Assembly (NCBI GenBank): GCA_963664405.1
Contig: OY761158.1
Span: forward strand, 608,001 to 672,000
Reading direction: 5' to 3'
Origin: Thermoanaerobaculia bacterium
Lineage (GTDB): Bacteria > Acidobacteriota > Thermoanaerobaculia > Multivoradales > Multivoraceae
Length of the DNA stretch: 64,000 nucleotides
The notes below the pieces were generated by a model. That model had not been told where the DNA came from, made no database searches, and saw only the letters and a program-made list of their open reading frames with translations. Within the stretch, counting starts at the first letter, position 1. Every line of letters starts with the position of its first letter. Positions 9,377 through 18,567 of this stretch are shown here, piece by piece. Made by a program: the position numbers and the translations under genes.

Positions 9377-9896
9377 TCGCGCGCCTTTCTCTTCCCGCGC
9401 TCCCGGTCCCGCCGCGGACAAGGCGGAGGTGTGCCCGCGGTGGCTCCGAACCCAAAATCGAGACGCCGGTGGACCTCCCAGGGGCCGCGCAGGCGCCTGA
9501 CCGCAACCCAGTGCACCTCTGGAACTACCTCACAACCCTCGACCTGGGGCGCGTCGCGCGCAGCACAGCCTGCCAACGAGGCTGATAACCCCATACACAA
9601 CCGCTCGTCTGGCGGCCTCCGCTCAAGCCAGGTCTAGCAGAATCCCGCTCGGGTAGATCCGCGCGACGACGAACCTCCTGCCTCGCGGGACTCTGCGAGA
9701 TCCTTCTCCATAAGACGACACCGATGCTCGGAAAGGCCAGTAGACGTTGGACCGTCGTGTTGGCCCAGGGGCGAAAGGCGACAGTTTGTCGCGATATGTG
9801 CGTGGGTGCGACACCCATACCTGGATGACGACTCAGTCGAGCGCCACTTCGGCTTCCATGGGGCTGAGGGGAGAGGGCGCTTTCGGTCGCTCTCCA

Positions 9897-10406
9897 CTAC
9901 TCCGCCAGAAGCTCTTCGATGCTCCAGTAGGCCGTCCGGCCGCTATGCTGGTCGCGAATGTGCTCTACCGTCTCCGGCGCGATCGCGGCGCTTGATGAGC
10001 CGAAACGGATACGGACGAAGCTGAGCAAGGCCGCCACCTCCTGATTGGACAGGATCTCGCCGAACCCCGGCATCTCGCGATCGTAGGTCTCACCCAGTAC
10101 CTCGACCGGGCCGCGGACGCCATGAAGCACGATCTTGATAATCCGCTCCTCAGGCCCGCGAACCCAGGACGACTGATCCAGGGGAGGACCCTCCAAGCCC
10201 CCGCGGCCATTGTATAGATGGCAAGCTGAACAGTGGCTTCCGTACAGCTTCTCTCCGGCCTTTCCCCCTAGGCGATCACCGTCCACACTCTCCTCTAACG
10301 GGCCGACTCCACAGGAAGTCAAAGCAAGCAGAGAGGCGAACCCAACGGGTATCCCGAGACGCATCATCGAGGGTAATCTGGGGACCTTGAAGAACAACCG
10401 GCTCAT
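9897..10406 (-). CDS. Class I c-type cytochrome, probable lipoprotein
   Basis: CSACH heme motif, GPPL, distal MPGF ligand, LTSC lipobox-like sequence. Confidence 0.88.
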   Translation of the reverse strand: MSRLFFKVPRLPSMMRLGIPVGFASLLALTSCGVGPLEESVDGDRLGGKAGEKLYGSHCSACHLYNGRGGLEGPPLDQSSWVRGPEERIIKIVLHGVRGPVEVLGETYDREMPGFGEILSNQEVAALLSFVRIRFGSSSAAIAPETVEHIRDQHSGRTAYWSIEELLAE

Positions 10407-10491
10407 TTAGACGAGAACCCTAGTGCAATTTAACGCTCGGCTCAGTTCCGTTGAGAGATAGACTGCTCGCAAAGCTGCAAGGAGAGTTGAA

Positions 10492-13344
10492 ATGAGCAGA
10501 GCCTTCCTCTGTGCCGTAGGCACGACCCTCGTTCTTACAACTGCGACCTCCGCACTCGACAACGACGTCACCCTACTCTTGACTTTCGGCATCGATGCCG
10601 AAGCGGAAGATCAATGGGACGGGCGCATCGAGGTGGACGGCGGCGAACTGCTCAATCTCGAAGAGCGAGACTTCCTCAACATCGATCCGGTGCTGAGAGA
10701 GCCGGTCGTCGCCGAGATCGATGCCAACGGCTCGTGGAAGGTCTCCGTCCGCAAGGATTGGAATCAATTTCATCGGATTAATTACATCGAGGCCAGTCCA
10801 GCTCACCCCCTGCCGACTCTCTTCTTTCCGGTTTCTGTCTTCGCCACGGTGCGAGACCTCGGCTCGGCACGCGTGAGCGTCAACACCGTTCAGGGCGACT
10901 TCGACTTCTCGCTCGCTGATATCGGTACCGAGCCTCGCCACTTTCTCGACGGTAGGGCCTCGGCAGTGCGAACGCCGACGGTCGAGCGACTGAGCAGCCC
11001 AGAGTTCGAAGACGACGAGCCGGCTATCGTCGCCCACTCGAATGGCGACGTGTCAGTCGCATGGATCGCCTACCGAGAGAGCGGGGACCGAGTCCTTCTT
11101 CGCACTCGATCCGGCGACTCCTGGTCCGAAAGTGAAGAGATCACACCGGCACCCGCCGATATCTTTCGCTGCTCTCTCGCGGTCGATGGCCAGAAGCGGC
11201 TCTGGGCCTTCTGGAGCGAGCGCGAAGGCACCCGCTGGCACATCTGGGGGCGGGTGCGCGGTACCCGAGGATGGGAGGAGCCGATCCGTATCTCTTCCGA
11301 CGGCTCGAACACTTTTCACCGAGCCGCCTCCGGCGGAGGTTCTGTTTTCGTCGCTTGGCAGAGCTTCCGATCAAGCCAGGGTGTCGCGCAAAGCGACATC
11401 CAAGTGCGAGTTCTCAGCAATGGCCGTTGGTCCTCGGAGCTCCAGGCGAGCAGCTCTCCAGCCAACGACTGGGAACCGGCGATCGCCGCCACCGACAACG
11501 GCTCTGCCTACCTGGTCTGGGACAGCTACGACGGTGACAACTACGATGTCTTCTTTCGTAGCCTCGAAGGCGATCGCCTCGGCAGACTGGAACAGATCAC
11601 AACCAGCCCCCGCTTCCAAGCGCATGCCACGGTCGCCGTCGACGGATCGGGGCAAGCTTGGGTGGCGTGGGATGAGTCCGGAGTCAACTGGGGCAAGGAT
11701 CAGGGCTTCCTCATCAACCCCTCGCTGGCTTCACCGCTGCACCAGGAGCGCAGCATTCGTGTCGCGCGTCACCAAGGCGGGGCCTGGCAAGAGCTCAGCC
11801 CGAGGCTGCCCGAGTTCTACCTCTATCGCCTCTATCCTAATTTCGAAAGCCCCCAGCTTCACTTCGACGGTCACGACACTCTGACCATGGTCTTCCGACA
11901 CTGGACTCGGGTCCAGGCGCGAGGAATAGGAAGTCCTCTGGGGTGGGAGAATTTCGTCACCCGATTCCGTAACGGAAGCTGGTCGACTCCGGTCGCCCTT
12001 CCCCACAGCCGTGGATCGATCGAGAAGCGACCCGCCCTGGCCCGTGCCGACAACGGGCGTCTGGTGGCAGCCTGGATGACGGACAATCGCACCTTCTCCG
12101 GTCGCGATCTCCCACCGATAGGACGCCGCGCGTTGATGCTTCCCCAAAACGCCGAGGTTTACTTCGCGGACCTGGGACTTGCAGAAGAAACATCCGGATC
12201 CATCGGCGACTCCCTCGAGCCTTTCATCGAGCCCTACGCCGAGGAAGTGCCGATTCATGTCGACGAGAAGGGAGACGTAGCGGCGATTCGCGGCTACCGG
12301 ATACAGGCGGGCGAGAAGACCTACGGCATCTATCGTGGCGATCTCCATCGCCACACCGACGTCTCTACAGACTTCAAATACGACGGATCGCTGATCGAGG
12401 TCTATCGTTACGCCCTCGATGCGGCCGCCTTCGATTTCATCGCCCCCACCGACCACCAATTGGGCTTCGACATGGAGTTCACCTGGTGGCAGGACGAGAA
12501 GCTCACCGACCTCTTTCACGTCCCCGGCGCCTTCACTCCCCTCTTCGGCTACGAACGTAGCCTGACTTTCCCCAACGGGCACCGCAATGTGATCTTCGCC
12601 CATCGAGGCGTACGACCACTCCCGATCCCGGCAGACGAGAGTCGCGGTGAAGCTGGAGCCGCCAAGCTCTACGACTATCTCCACGAGAACAATGGCATCT
12701 CCATGCCCCACTCCAGCGGCACCGACCAGGGCACGGACTTTCGAGACAACGACCCAGAAGTCGAGCCTTTGATGGAAGTGTTCCAGGGCTACCGCGCGAG
12801 CTACGAGTACACGGATGCACCCAAGGCCGCCAGCCGACAGAGGCTGATCACCCAGCGCAGCGGCTTCAACGCGGCAGGCTACTGGTGGGACGCGCTCGCC
12901 AAAGGGCTCAAGATCGGTGTCCAGGCAAGCTCGGACCATTGGTCCACACACATCTCCTACGCCTGTCTCATCGCCGAGGATCTCAGCCGCGAAGCACTCT
13001 TCGACGCGATCAAGAAGAGGCACGCATACGGCGCCACCGACAACATCGTGCTCGATTTCCAGGCCCAGAGCGGCGGCGAGGCCTACATCATGGGCGACAT
13101 CATCGAAACCGACCAGGTGCCCAAACTGCGTATCCGGGCTCGAGGCACCGGCGTCATCTCACAGTTGGTAATCGTCAAGAACCAGCAATTGATCTTCGAG
13201 AGCCGACCCGGCGAGCAGGAGATCGATGTCGAGTTCGTCGATCAGAACTTCGAGCCCGGAGACAGCTACTACTACGCCCGAGTGATGCAAGCCGACGGCA
13301 ACCTCGCCTGGAGCTCACCGATCTGGATAGAAGCACCGCCCTAG
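10492..13344 (+). CDS. Large secreted protein with beta-propeller-like repeats and a C-terminal PHP-like (DUF3604/CehA-McbA-like) metallohydrolase
   Basis: Signal peptide, repeated PAIA...VAW blades, GDLHRHT, TDH, GHRN and SSDH metal-ligand motifs. Confidence 0.75.
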   Translation: MSRAFLCAVGTTLVLTTATSALDNDVTLLLTFGIDAEAEDQWDGRIEVDGGELLNLEERDFLNIDPVLREPVVAEIDANGSWKVSVRKDWNQFHRINYIEASPAHPLPTLFFPVSVFATVRDLGSARVSVNTVQGDFDFSLADIGTEPRHFLDGRASAVRTPTVERLSSPEFEDDEPAIVAHSNGDVSVAWIAYRESGDRVLLRTRSGDSWSESEEITPAPADIFRCSLAVDGQKRLWAFWSEREGTRWHIWGRVRGTRGWEEPIRISSDGSNTFHRAASGGGSVFVAWQSFRSSQGVAQSDIQVRVLSNGRWSSELQASSSPANDWEPAIAATDNGSAYLVWDSYDGDNYDVFFRSLEGDRLGRLEQITTSPRFQAHATVAVDGSGQAWVAWDESGVNWGKDQGFLINPSLASPLHQERSIRVARHQGGAWQELSPRLPEFYLYRLYPNFESPQLHFDGHDTLTMVFRHWTRVQARGIGSPLGWENFVTRFRNGSWSTPVALPHSRGSIEKRPALARADNGRLVAAWMTDNRTFSGRDLPPIGRRALMLPQNAEVYFADLGLAEETSGSIGDSLEPFIEPYAEEVPIHVDEKGDVAAIRGYRIQAGEKTYGIYRGDLHRHTDVSTDFKYDGSLIEVYRYALDAAAFDFIAPTDHQLGFDMEFTWWQDEKLTDLFHVPGAFTPLFGYERSLTFPNGHRNVIFAHRGVRPLPIPADESRGEAGAAKLYDYLHENNGISMPHSSGTDQGTDFRDNDPEVEPLMEVFQGYRASYEYTDAPKAASRQRLITQRSGFNAAGYWWDALAKGLKIGVQASSDHWSTHISYACLIAEDLSREALFDAIKKRHAYGATDNIVLDFQAQSGGEAYIMGDIIETDQVPKLRIRARGTGVISQLVIVKNQQLIFESRPGEQEIDVEFVDQNFEPGDSYYYARVMQADGNLAWSSPIWIEAPP

Positions 13345-13973
13345 CGCCACGCAAAGACAGGCTGCTCAAAATGAGCGACTCGCGTCGCGCGCCCGCGCAA
13401 CGCGACTTCGAGCAGCTGATAGATGAAGGCCGCAGTCGGCGCATGGACGTGCATGCCAAGCACAGGCATAGAGAGTACCGGCTTATCACTCTGCGGTATT
13501 TTGGTGATAATCGGCGCGTCGGGATGCTCCAGGTCGCCAAGCGGTACGCGGTATAGACGTGACACCTCGTGGGGGTCGGGCACCAGATCGCGCCACTCGT
13601 CGCACCACACCAGGAACGGGCTGATGACGAATCCGGATCGCGTCGCGAAGTCGTCGAGGCGGCCGAGAATTGACGCCTCGCCGAGAACGAGCCCGACCTC
13701 TTCTGCGAGCTCCCGCAGAGCGGCATGCCGCGCCTCCTCTCCCGGCTCCAGTTTGCCGCCGGGCAGGGCGAACTGGCCACGATGATTGCGCAGGCCCAAT
13801 CCGCGTCGAGTGAGGATGAAACAGGCCCGCCCGTCCTCGTCAGGCACCAAAGCGATGGACACTGCGGCGCGACGAGCATCGGGCTTCTCTATCGCCCGCC
13901 AATCGAAGTCGGACACGCGCTCCTTTACCCAGATCCGCAGCTCCTCGCCGTGCTCCACCGGGAAAGTCGCCAT
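13341..13973 (-). CDS. Nudix hydrolase, CoA pyrophosphatase type
   Basis: LTRR...HRGQFALPGGKLEPGE...ALRELAEEVG Nudix box. Confidence 0.9.
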   Translation of the reverse strand: MATFPVEHGEELRIWVKERVSDFDWRAIEKPDARRAAVSIALVPDEDGRACFILTRRGLGLRNHRGQFALPGGKLEPGEEARHAALRELAEEVGLVLGEASILGRLDDFATRSGFVISPFLVWCDEWRDLVPDPHEVSRLYRVPLGDLEHPDAPIITKIPQSDKPVLSMPVLGMHVHAPTAAFIYQLLEVALRGRATRVAHFEQPVFAWR

Positions 13974-14017
13974 CGGCGTAGCAGTATACTTGCCCCCACT
14001 TCAGGAGGACCCGCCCG

Positions 14018-15253
14018 ATGGATTTCAATGATTCTCCCCAGGAAAGCGAGTTTCGCGCCGAATGCCGTGCCTGGCTGGAGGCCAACGCCGAACCTCTTGA
14101 CAGCGCTTCAGCGGCCTTTCGCTGGCAGGCGAAGATGTCCCTCGACGAAGCCGTCCAGAGTGCTCGCGACTGGCAGGCCAAGAAGGCCGAAGCAGGCTTC
14201 GCCTGCATTACCTGGCCCAAGGAGCACGGCGGCCAGGGGTTGAGCCTGATGCACAAGATCATCTACGACGACGAGGAGAAGGGTTTCGAAGTGCCCAGGG
14301 GCTTCCTCGACATCGGTCTCAACATCTGCGCGCCGCCGGTCGCGGCTTATGCCACTGAGGAGCAGAGGCAGCGCTACCTGCCGAAGCTCGCGAACGGCGA
14401 GGAGATCTGGTGTCAGCTCTTCTCCGAGCCGGTGGCGGGCTCGGATCTCGCCGGCCTGCGCACCCGAGCCGAGCGCGACGGTGATGAATGGGTGGTCAAC
14501 GGCCAAAAAGTGTGGAACTCGGGGGCTCACTACGCCGACTACGCGATCCTGGTCACCCGCCACGATCCAGACTTGCCGAAGCACAAGGGCATGACCTTCT
14601 TCTTCCTGAGCATGTCGACCCCAGGTGTCGAGGCGCGTCCCATCAAGCAGATCTCCGGCGCCTCCAATTTCAACGAGGTCTTCCTGACTAATGTGCGCAT
14701 CCCCGATTCTCAGCGCCTCGGAGAGATCGGTGAGGGCTGGCAGGTCTCGCTCACCACCTTGATGAGCGAGCGACTCGCCTCATCACCGGGGCCACCCGAC
14801 TTCCAGCACATCTTCGAGCTTGCCAAGCGCACCGAGCTCGAGAGTGGCCCAGCCGTCAGCAACGCGGCCGTTCGGCAGAAGCTCGCCGACTGGTATGTCG
14901 AGCACCAGGGTCTGCGCTATACCCGGGCGCGGCTCCTCACCGCGATCTCGAAAGGCAAGCGTCCGGGACCGGAAGCATCGATCCAGAAAGTGATCAACGC
15001 CAGTAAGCTCCAGGACATCGCCTCCTTCGGTGCCGACCTCCAGGAACTGGGGGGAATGATGACCGAGCCAGATCTGGCGGCGGCGGAAGGCCTGTTCCAA
15101 CAGGGCTACCTCAACGCTCCCGGCGGACGTATCGCGGCAGGCACCGATGAGATTCTGCGCAACGTCATCGCGGAGCGTGTGCTCGGACTGCCGGGCGACA
15201 TCCGGGTCGATCGAGACACCCCCTACTCCGACATTCCCGCCGGCTCCGCCTGA
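14018..15253 (+). CDS. Acyl-CoA dehydrogenase family protein
   Basis: WCQLFSEPVAGSDLAGL, VNGQKVW, FNEVF, IAAGTDEILRN. Confidence 0.93.
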   Translation: MDFNDSPQESEFRAECRAWLEANAEPLDSASAAFRWQAKMSLDEAVQSARDWQAKKAEAGFACITWPKEHGGQGLSLMHKIIYDDEEKGFEVPRGFLDIGLNICAPPVAAYATEEQRQRYLPKLANGEEIWCQLFSEPVAGSDLAGLRTRAERDGDEWVVNGQKVWNSGAHYADYAILVTRHDPDLPKHKGMTFFFLSMSTPGVEARPIKQISGASNFNEVFLTNVRIPDSQRLGEIGEGWQVSLTTLMSERLASSPGPPDFQHIFELAKRTELESGPAVSNAAVRQKLADWYVEHQGLRYTRARLLTAISKGKRPGPEASIQKVINASKLQDIASFGADLQELGGMMTEPDLAAAEGLFQQGYLNAPGGRIAAGTDEILRNVIAERVLGLPGDIRVDRDTPYSDIPAGSA

Positions 15254-15263
15254 GCACTGCGCC

Positions 15264-15632
15264 ATGGGTGAGTTCATTCGCCTGGAGCCGATTTGGCTTC
15301 AGGCCTGGATTCTGTTCATGGTGGTGGTGAACTCGATGTCGCTCCTTTTCGTACGGCAGCTCGAAGCTCGCTGGATACTCATAGCCTGGGTCGCCAATGT
15401 CCTACTCATGAACTGGCTCTTCGCACGCTTCGGATACGTAAGGCTTCTCGGCGCCAGTCACGCTCTGTTTTGGTCCCCACTTCTCCTCTACCTCTACCTG
15501 AGACGAGCGAAAATCGCCGAGGCGGGCCGGATCTTCCGCGCCTGGGTGGCCGTGCTCGTGGTCACCGACGCCACGTCTTTGGTCATAGACTACGTCGACA
15601 TTGCTCGCTACTTTCTAGGAGATCGGAGCTGA
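15264..15632 (+). CDS. Small integral membrane protein (hypothetical)
   Basis: About four hydrophobic segments; tightly packed between co-oriented genes. Confidence 0.75.
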   Translation: MGEFIRLEPIWLQAWILFMVVVNSMSLLFVRQLEARWILIAWVANVLLMNWLFARFGYVRLLGASHALFWSPLLLYLYLRRAKIAEAGRIFRAWVAVLVVTDATSLVIDYVDIARYFLGDRS

Positions 15633-15635
15633 ATC

Positions 15636-16880
15636 ATGAGCGTCGCCCAGATTAGAACTGAGCTCGAGACCGTCGACCCGACCGAGGTGGGGCTTTCGCC
15701 CGAGCGCCTCGCTCGCATCGAAACTCACCTCGACCGCCGCTACATCGAGCCCGGAAAGATCGTCGGCTGCCTGACTCTGGTCGCTCGCGACGGTCGCCTG
15801 GCCTGGCTCTCGTGTCAAGGTCTGCGCGATCGTGAGCGCGACCTGCCGATGAGCGAAGACACGATCTTTCGCATTTACTCGATGAGCAAACCGATCACTT
15901 CGGTCGCCCTCATGAGTCTGTACGAAGAAGGCGGCTTCCAGCTCGACGATCCGGTGGCGAAGTTCATCCCCGAGTTTCGTGATCTGCGCGTCTACCGATC
16001 GGGAATCCATCCGAACTGGCTCACCGAGCCATGCGCCAGGCCGATGACCGTTCGCCATCTTCTCAGTCACATGTCGGGTCTCACTTACGGTTTCATGCTG
16101 CGCACCAACGTAGATGCGGCGTACCGCAAGCTGGGTCTAGGCGAGCGCAAAGGCACCCTCCGCGAGATGGTAGAGGCGATGGCAGAGATTCCGCTCGAAT
16201 TCTCGCCGGGCGAGCGATGGAGCTACTCGATGGCCACCGACGTCTGCGGCTATCTGGTGGAGGTTCTCTCGGGCAAATCTTTCGACCAGTTCCTGCAAGA
16301 AAGAATCTTCGATCGTCTGGGGATGGTGGACACGGGTTTTCACGTACCCGATGACAAGGTGCACCGCTTTGCCGCCAACTATCAACGCGGCGCTGACAAG
16401 ACCCTGGCACTGCTCGACGATCCCCAAGAGTCTCCCTATCGGAAACCGGCGAGGTTCCTTTCCGGCGGCGGCGGGCTGGTCTCGACCGCCCATGACTACC
16501 TCCGCTTCTGTCAGATGCTCCTGGCTGGGGGCGAGCTCGCCGGCGAGCGAATCCTTGGGCCGAGAACCCTCGAGCTGATGACCAGCAACCACCTGCCCGA
16601 TGGCAAGCTCCTCACCGACCTCGCAACGGGCTCCTTCAGCGAGATCACCTACGAAGGCCAAGGCTTTGGGCTGGGCTTCTCGGTCGTACAAGACCCGGTT
16701 CGCGCAGGCGGTGGGGGCTCGCTGGGAGAGTCGGGCTGGGGAGGAGCAGCGTCGACGGCATTCTGGATCGATCCGAGTGAGGACCTCGCCGTCATCTTCC
16801 TAACCCAGTTCATGCCCTCAGGCACCTTCAATTTCCGCGGCCAGCTCAAGAGCATCGTCTACGGGTCCATCACAGAGTAG
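15636..16880 (+). CDS. Serine hydrolase, beta-lactamase class C/esterase family
   Basis: FRIYSMSK (SxxK), LLSHMSGL, PGERWSYS, GWGG. Confidence 0.92.
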   Translation: MSVAQIRTELETVDPTEVGLSPERLARIETHLDRRYIEPGKIVGCLTLVARDGRLAWLSCQGLRDRERDLPMSEDTIFRIYSMSKPITSVALMSLYEEGGFQLDDPVAKFIPEFRDLRVYRSGIHPNWLTEPCARPMTVRHLLSHMSGLTYGFMLRTNVDAAYRKLGLGERKGTLREMVEAMAEIPLEFSPGERWSYSMATDVCGYLVEVLSGKSFDQFLQERIFDRLGMVDTGFHVPDDKVHRFAANYQRGADKTLALLDDPQESPYRKPARFLSGGGGLVSTAHDYLRFCQMLLAGGELAGERILGPRTLELMTSNHLPDGKLLTDLATGSFSEITYEGQGFGLGFSVVQDPVRAGGGGSLGESGWGGAASTAFWIDPSEDLAVIFLTQFMPSGTFNFRGQLKSIVYGSITE

Positions 16881-17072
16881 CTCTGGGAATGGTGAATACC
16901 ATTCCCAGAGCTACCATACTGTTGGCGCCGAGGACGGCGCACGTCCCTGGGAATGGTCAATACCATTCCCAGAGCTACCATACTGTTGGCGCCGAGGACG
17001 GCGCACGTCCCTGGGAATGGTCAATACCATTCCCAGAACTACCATGCTGTTGGCGCCGAGGACGGCGCGCGT
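16877..17072. repeat. Tandem array, 3 x 64-bp REP-like units each with two hairpins
   Basis: Units start at 16883, 16947 and 17011. Hairpins ctgggaatggt-caat-accattcccag and gcgccg-agga-cggcgc. Confidence 0.92.
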
Positions 17073-17116
17073 CGCCCGGCCGAGGGGCTCGGACGGGCTC
17101 CCTGCTTCGGGAAGGT

Positions 17117-18475
17117 TTAGGCCGAAGAGGGCTTGTCGTCTTGCTTTCGGGGTGGGCGGATCAGGCAGACGAGTACGATCGGCACGATCGCGATCAGAGC
17201 ATCGAGGCCCAGCGTTCGGCGGTAACCGTGCCGACCGGCGAAAGCCCCCTGCCAGACGCTGGTGTAGGTGTTCGCCAAATTGCACAGCGCCATGTAGCCG
17301 GTGAACTGGGTCGCGGCCACGTTGCGGTTGGTCAGACTCATGAACACTGCGTTTCCGGTTCCATACTGCAATCCGTTGGTCAGACTCGCGCCGATGGTTG
17401 CAAGGGTGAAAGCGGTCAGCGTCAGCCCGACAACACCATCGTCTCCGAGGTGGGCCATGAGATAGAGATTGGGCAGGGTCGTCAGAGCGAACCAAGTCAC
17501 CAGCGAGCGTCGGTGGCCCAGACGATCGGAGATCCAGCCGCCGGCGACACATCCCAGAGCTCCACCGATAGAGCCGAGCAGAGCAACCAGCGCGATCTGG
17601 TTCTCATTGAGTCCCATGTCGACCCGGATGGTGGTCGCAATCGTCAGCCCAAGCGCGATCGCACCCTTAGGTGCAAAGGCCAGCAGCACGCCGACAGCGG
17701 GTCCCCAACCTGAGCGAAAGAAACCGCCATAGACATCCCTCAGAAAACCTCCAACGCGACGATAGAGGAGCCTGAGACGGTCTACCGCCGAACCGAGCTC
17801 CGACGAGGCATCATCGCCTAGCCCAGAAAGCACCTCGTCGGGCTCCTGGAGTCGCGTCGATACAAAGAGCAGCAACAGGACGAGCACCAGAAGCACTAGC
17901 AAGAAGGCGGCGCGGAACCCGAACAATCCAGAGATGAAGAGGGCCGCGCTACCGCCGATCGCCTGACCACCAAAGGCTGCCGCGAACATGAATCCATTCG
18001 CGGTGCCAAGCTCCGAGGAGGGGATAACCCTCACCGCAAGGGCGTCAATGGCAACATCCTGGGTCGCCGCAAAAATATTGTGCACCACCATCATGGTGAT
18101 GAGCAGTCGAAAATTCGTCGACAGATCTAAGAAGAGGGCCGTCGACAGAGTGAGAATCATCAGGCTCTGCGACGCGACGATCCAGGTGCGATGCGGCCCG
18201 AAACGGCGCGGCCGAATGAGATCGATAAGAGGGGCCCAAGCCCACTTGAAGCCCCAGGGACCATACAGAGCAGCGGTGAAGAGGCCGATCTCCGCCAGCC
18301 CCACCCCCTGCTGACGCATGTATGTCGCCATCGTCGTCAGGGTGAAGCCAAGGGGGATGCCCTCGGAGATGTAGAGCAGCGAAAAGGTCGTGAAGCGACC
18401 GCGACGGGACTCGAGAAGCCGCGAGCTCACAAGACAACCTTTGACTAACAGACCGAGGCCGCGCTCAGGACACAA
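17117..18475 (-). CDS. MFS transporter, AmpG-like
   Basis: LYISEGIP, PWGFKWAWAPLID, ATQDVAIDA, ATQFT; about 12 TM segments. Exact start uncertain. Confidence 0.88.
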   Translation of the reverse strand: MCPERGLGLLVKGCLVSSRLLESRRGRFTTFSLLYISEGIPLGFTLTTMATYMRQQGVGLAEIGLFTAALYGPWGFKWAWAPLIDLIRPRRFGPHRTWIVASQSLMILTLSTALFLDLSTNFRLLITMMVVHNIFAATQDVAIDALAVRVIPSSELGTANGFMFAAAFGGQAIGGSAALFISGLFGFRAAFLLVLLVLVLLLLFVSTRLQEPDEVLSGLGDDASSELGSAVDRLRLLYRRVGGFLRDVYGGFFRSGWGPAVGVLLAFAPKGAIALGLTIATTIRVDMGLNENQIALVALLGSIGGALGCVAGGWISDRLGHRRSLVTWFALTTLPNLYLMAHLGDDGVVGLTLTAFTLATIGASLTNGLQYGTGNAVFMSLTNRNVAATQFTGYMALCNLANTYTSVWQGAFAGRHGYRRTLGLDALIAIVPIVLVCLIRPPRKQDDKPSSA

Positions 18476-18567
18476 TATCCTCGACCACGACGCCTTCGAC
18501 GTCGGTCAGGAGAGCGCCGACGGAGGGCCAACGAGCGGTTTCTCACAGGGGCAGTCTCGGTGTTGCT

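Larger units (their letters stand above)
7108..9629 (+). mobile_element. IS91-like element encoding a tyrosine recombinase and an HUH transposase, bounded by 18-bp imperfect inverted repeats
   Basis: Left ggcttgaacgaaggccgc (7108-7125) versus right gcggcctccgctcaagcc (9612-9629) match at 16/18. Two co-oriented mobility genes lie between them and the left end coincides with a gene truncation. Confidence 0.8.

Noticed and set aside
11383-11399. TGTCGC-N5-GCGACA inside the 950-aa gene
   Set aside because: Wrong spacing for the 27-bp motif and within coding sequence; likely chance.
16877-17072. Possible CRISPR array
   Set aside because: Whole units are near-identical, there are no unique spacers, and no cas genes are in the window.
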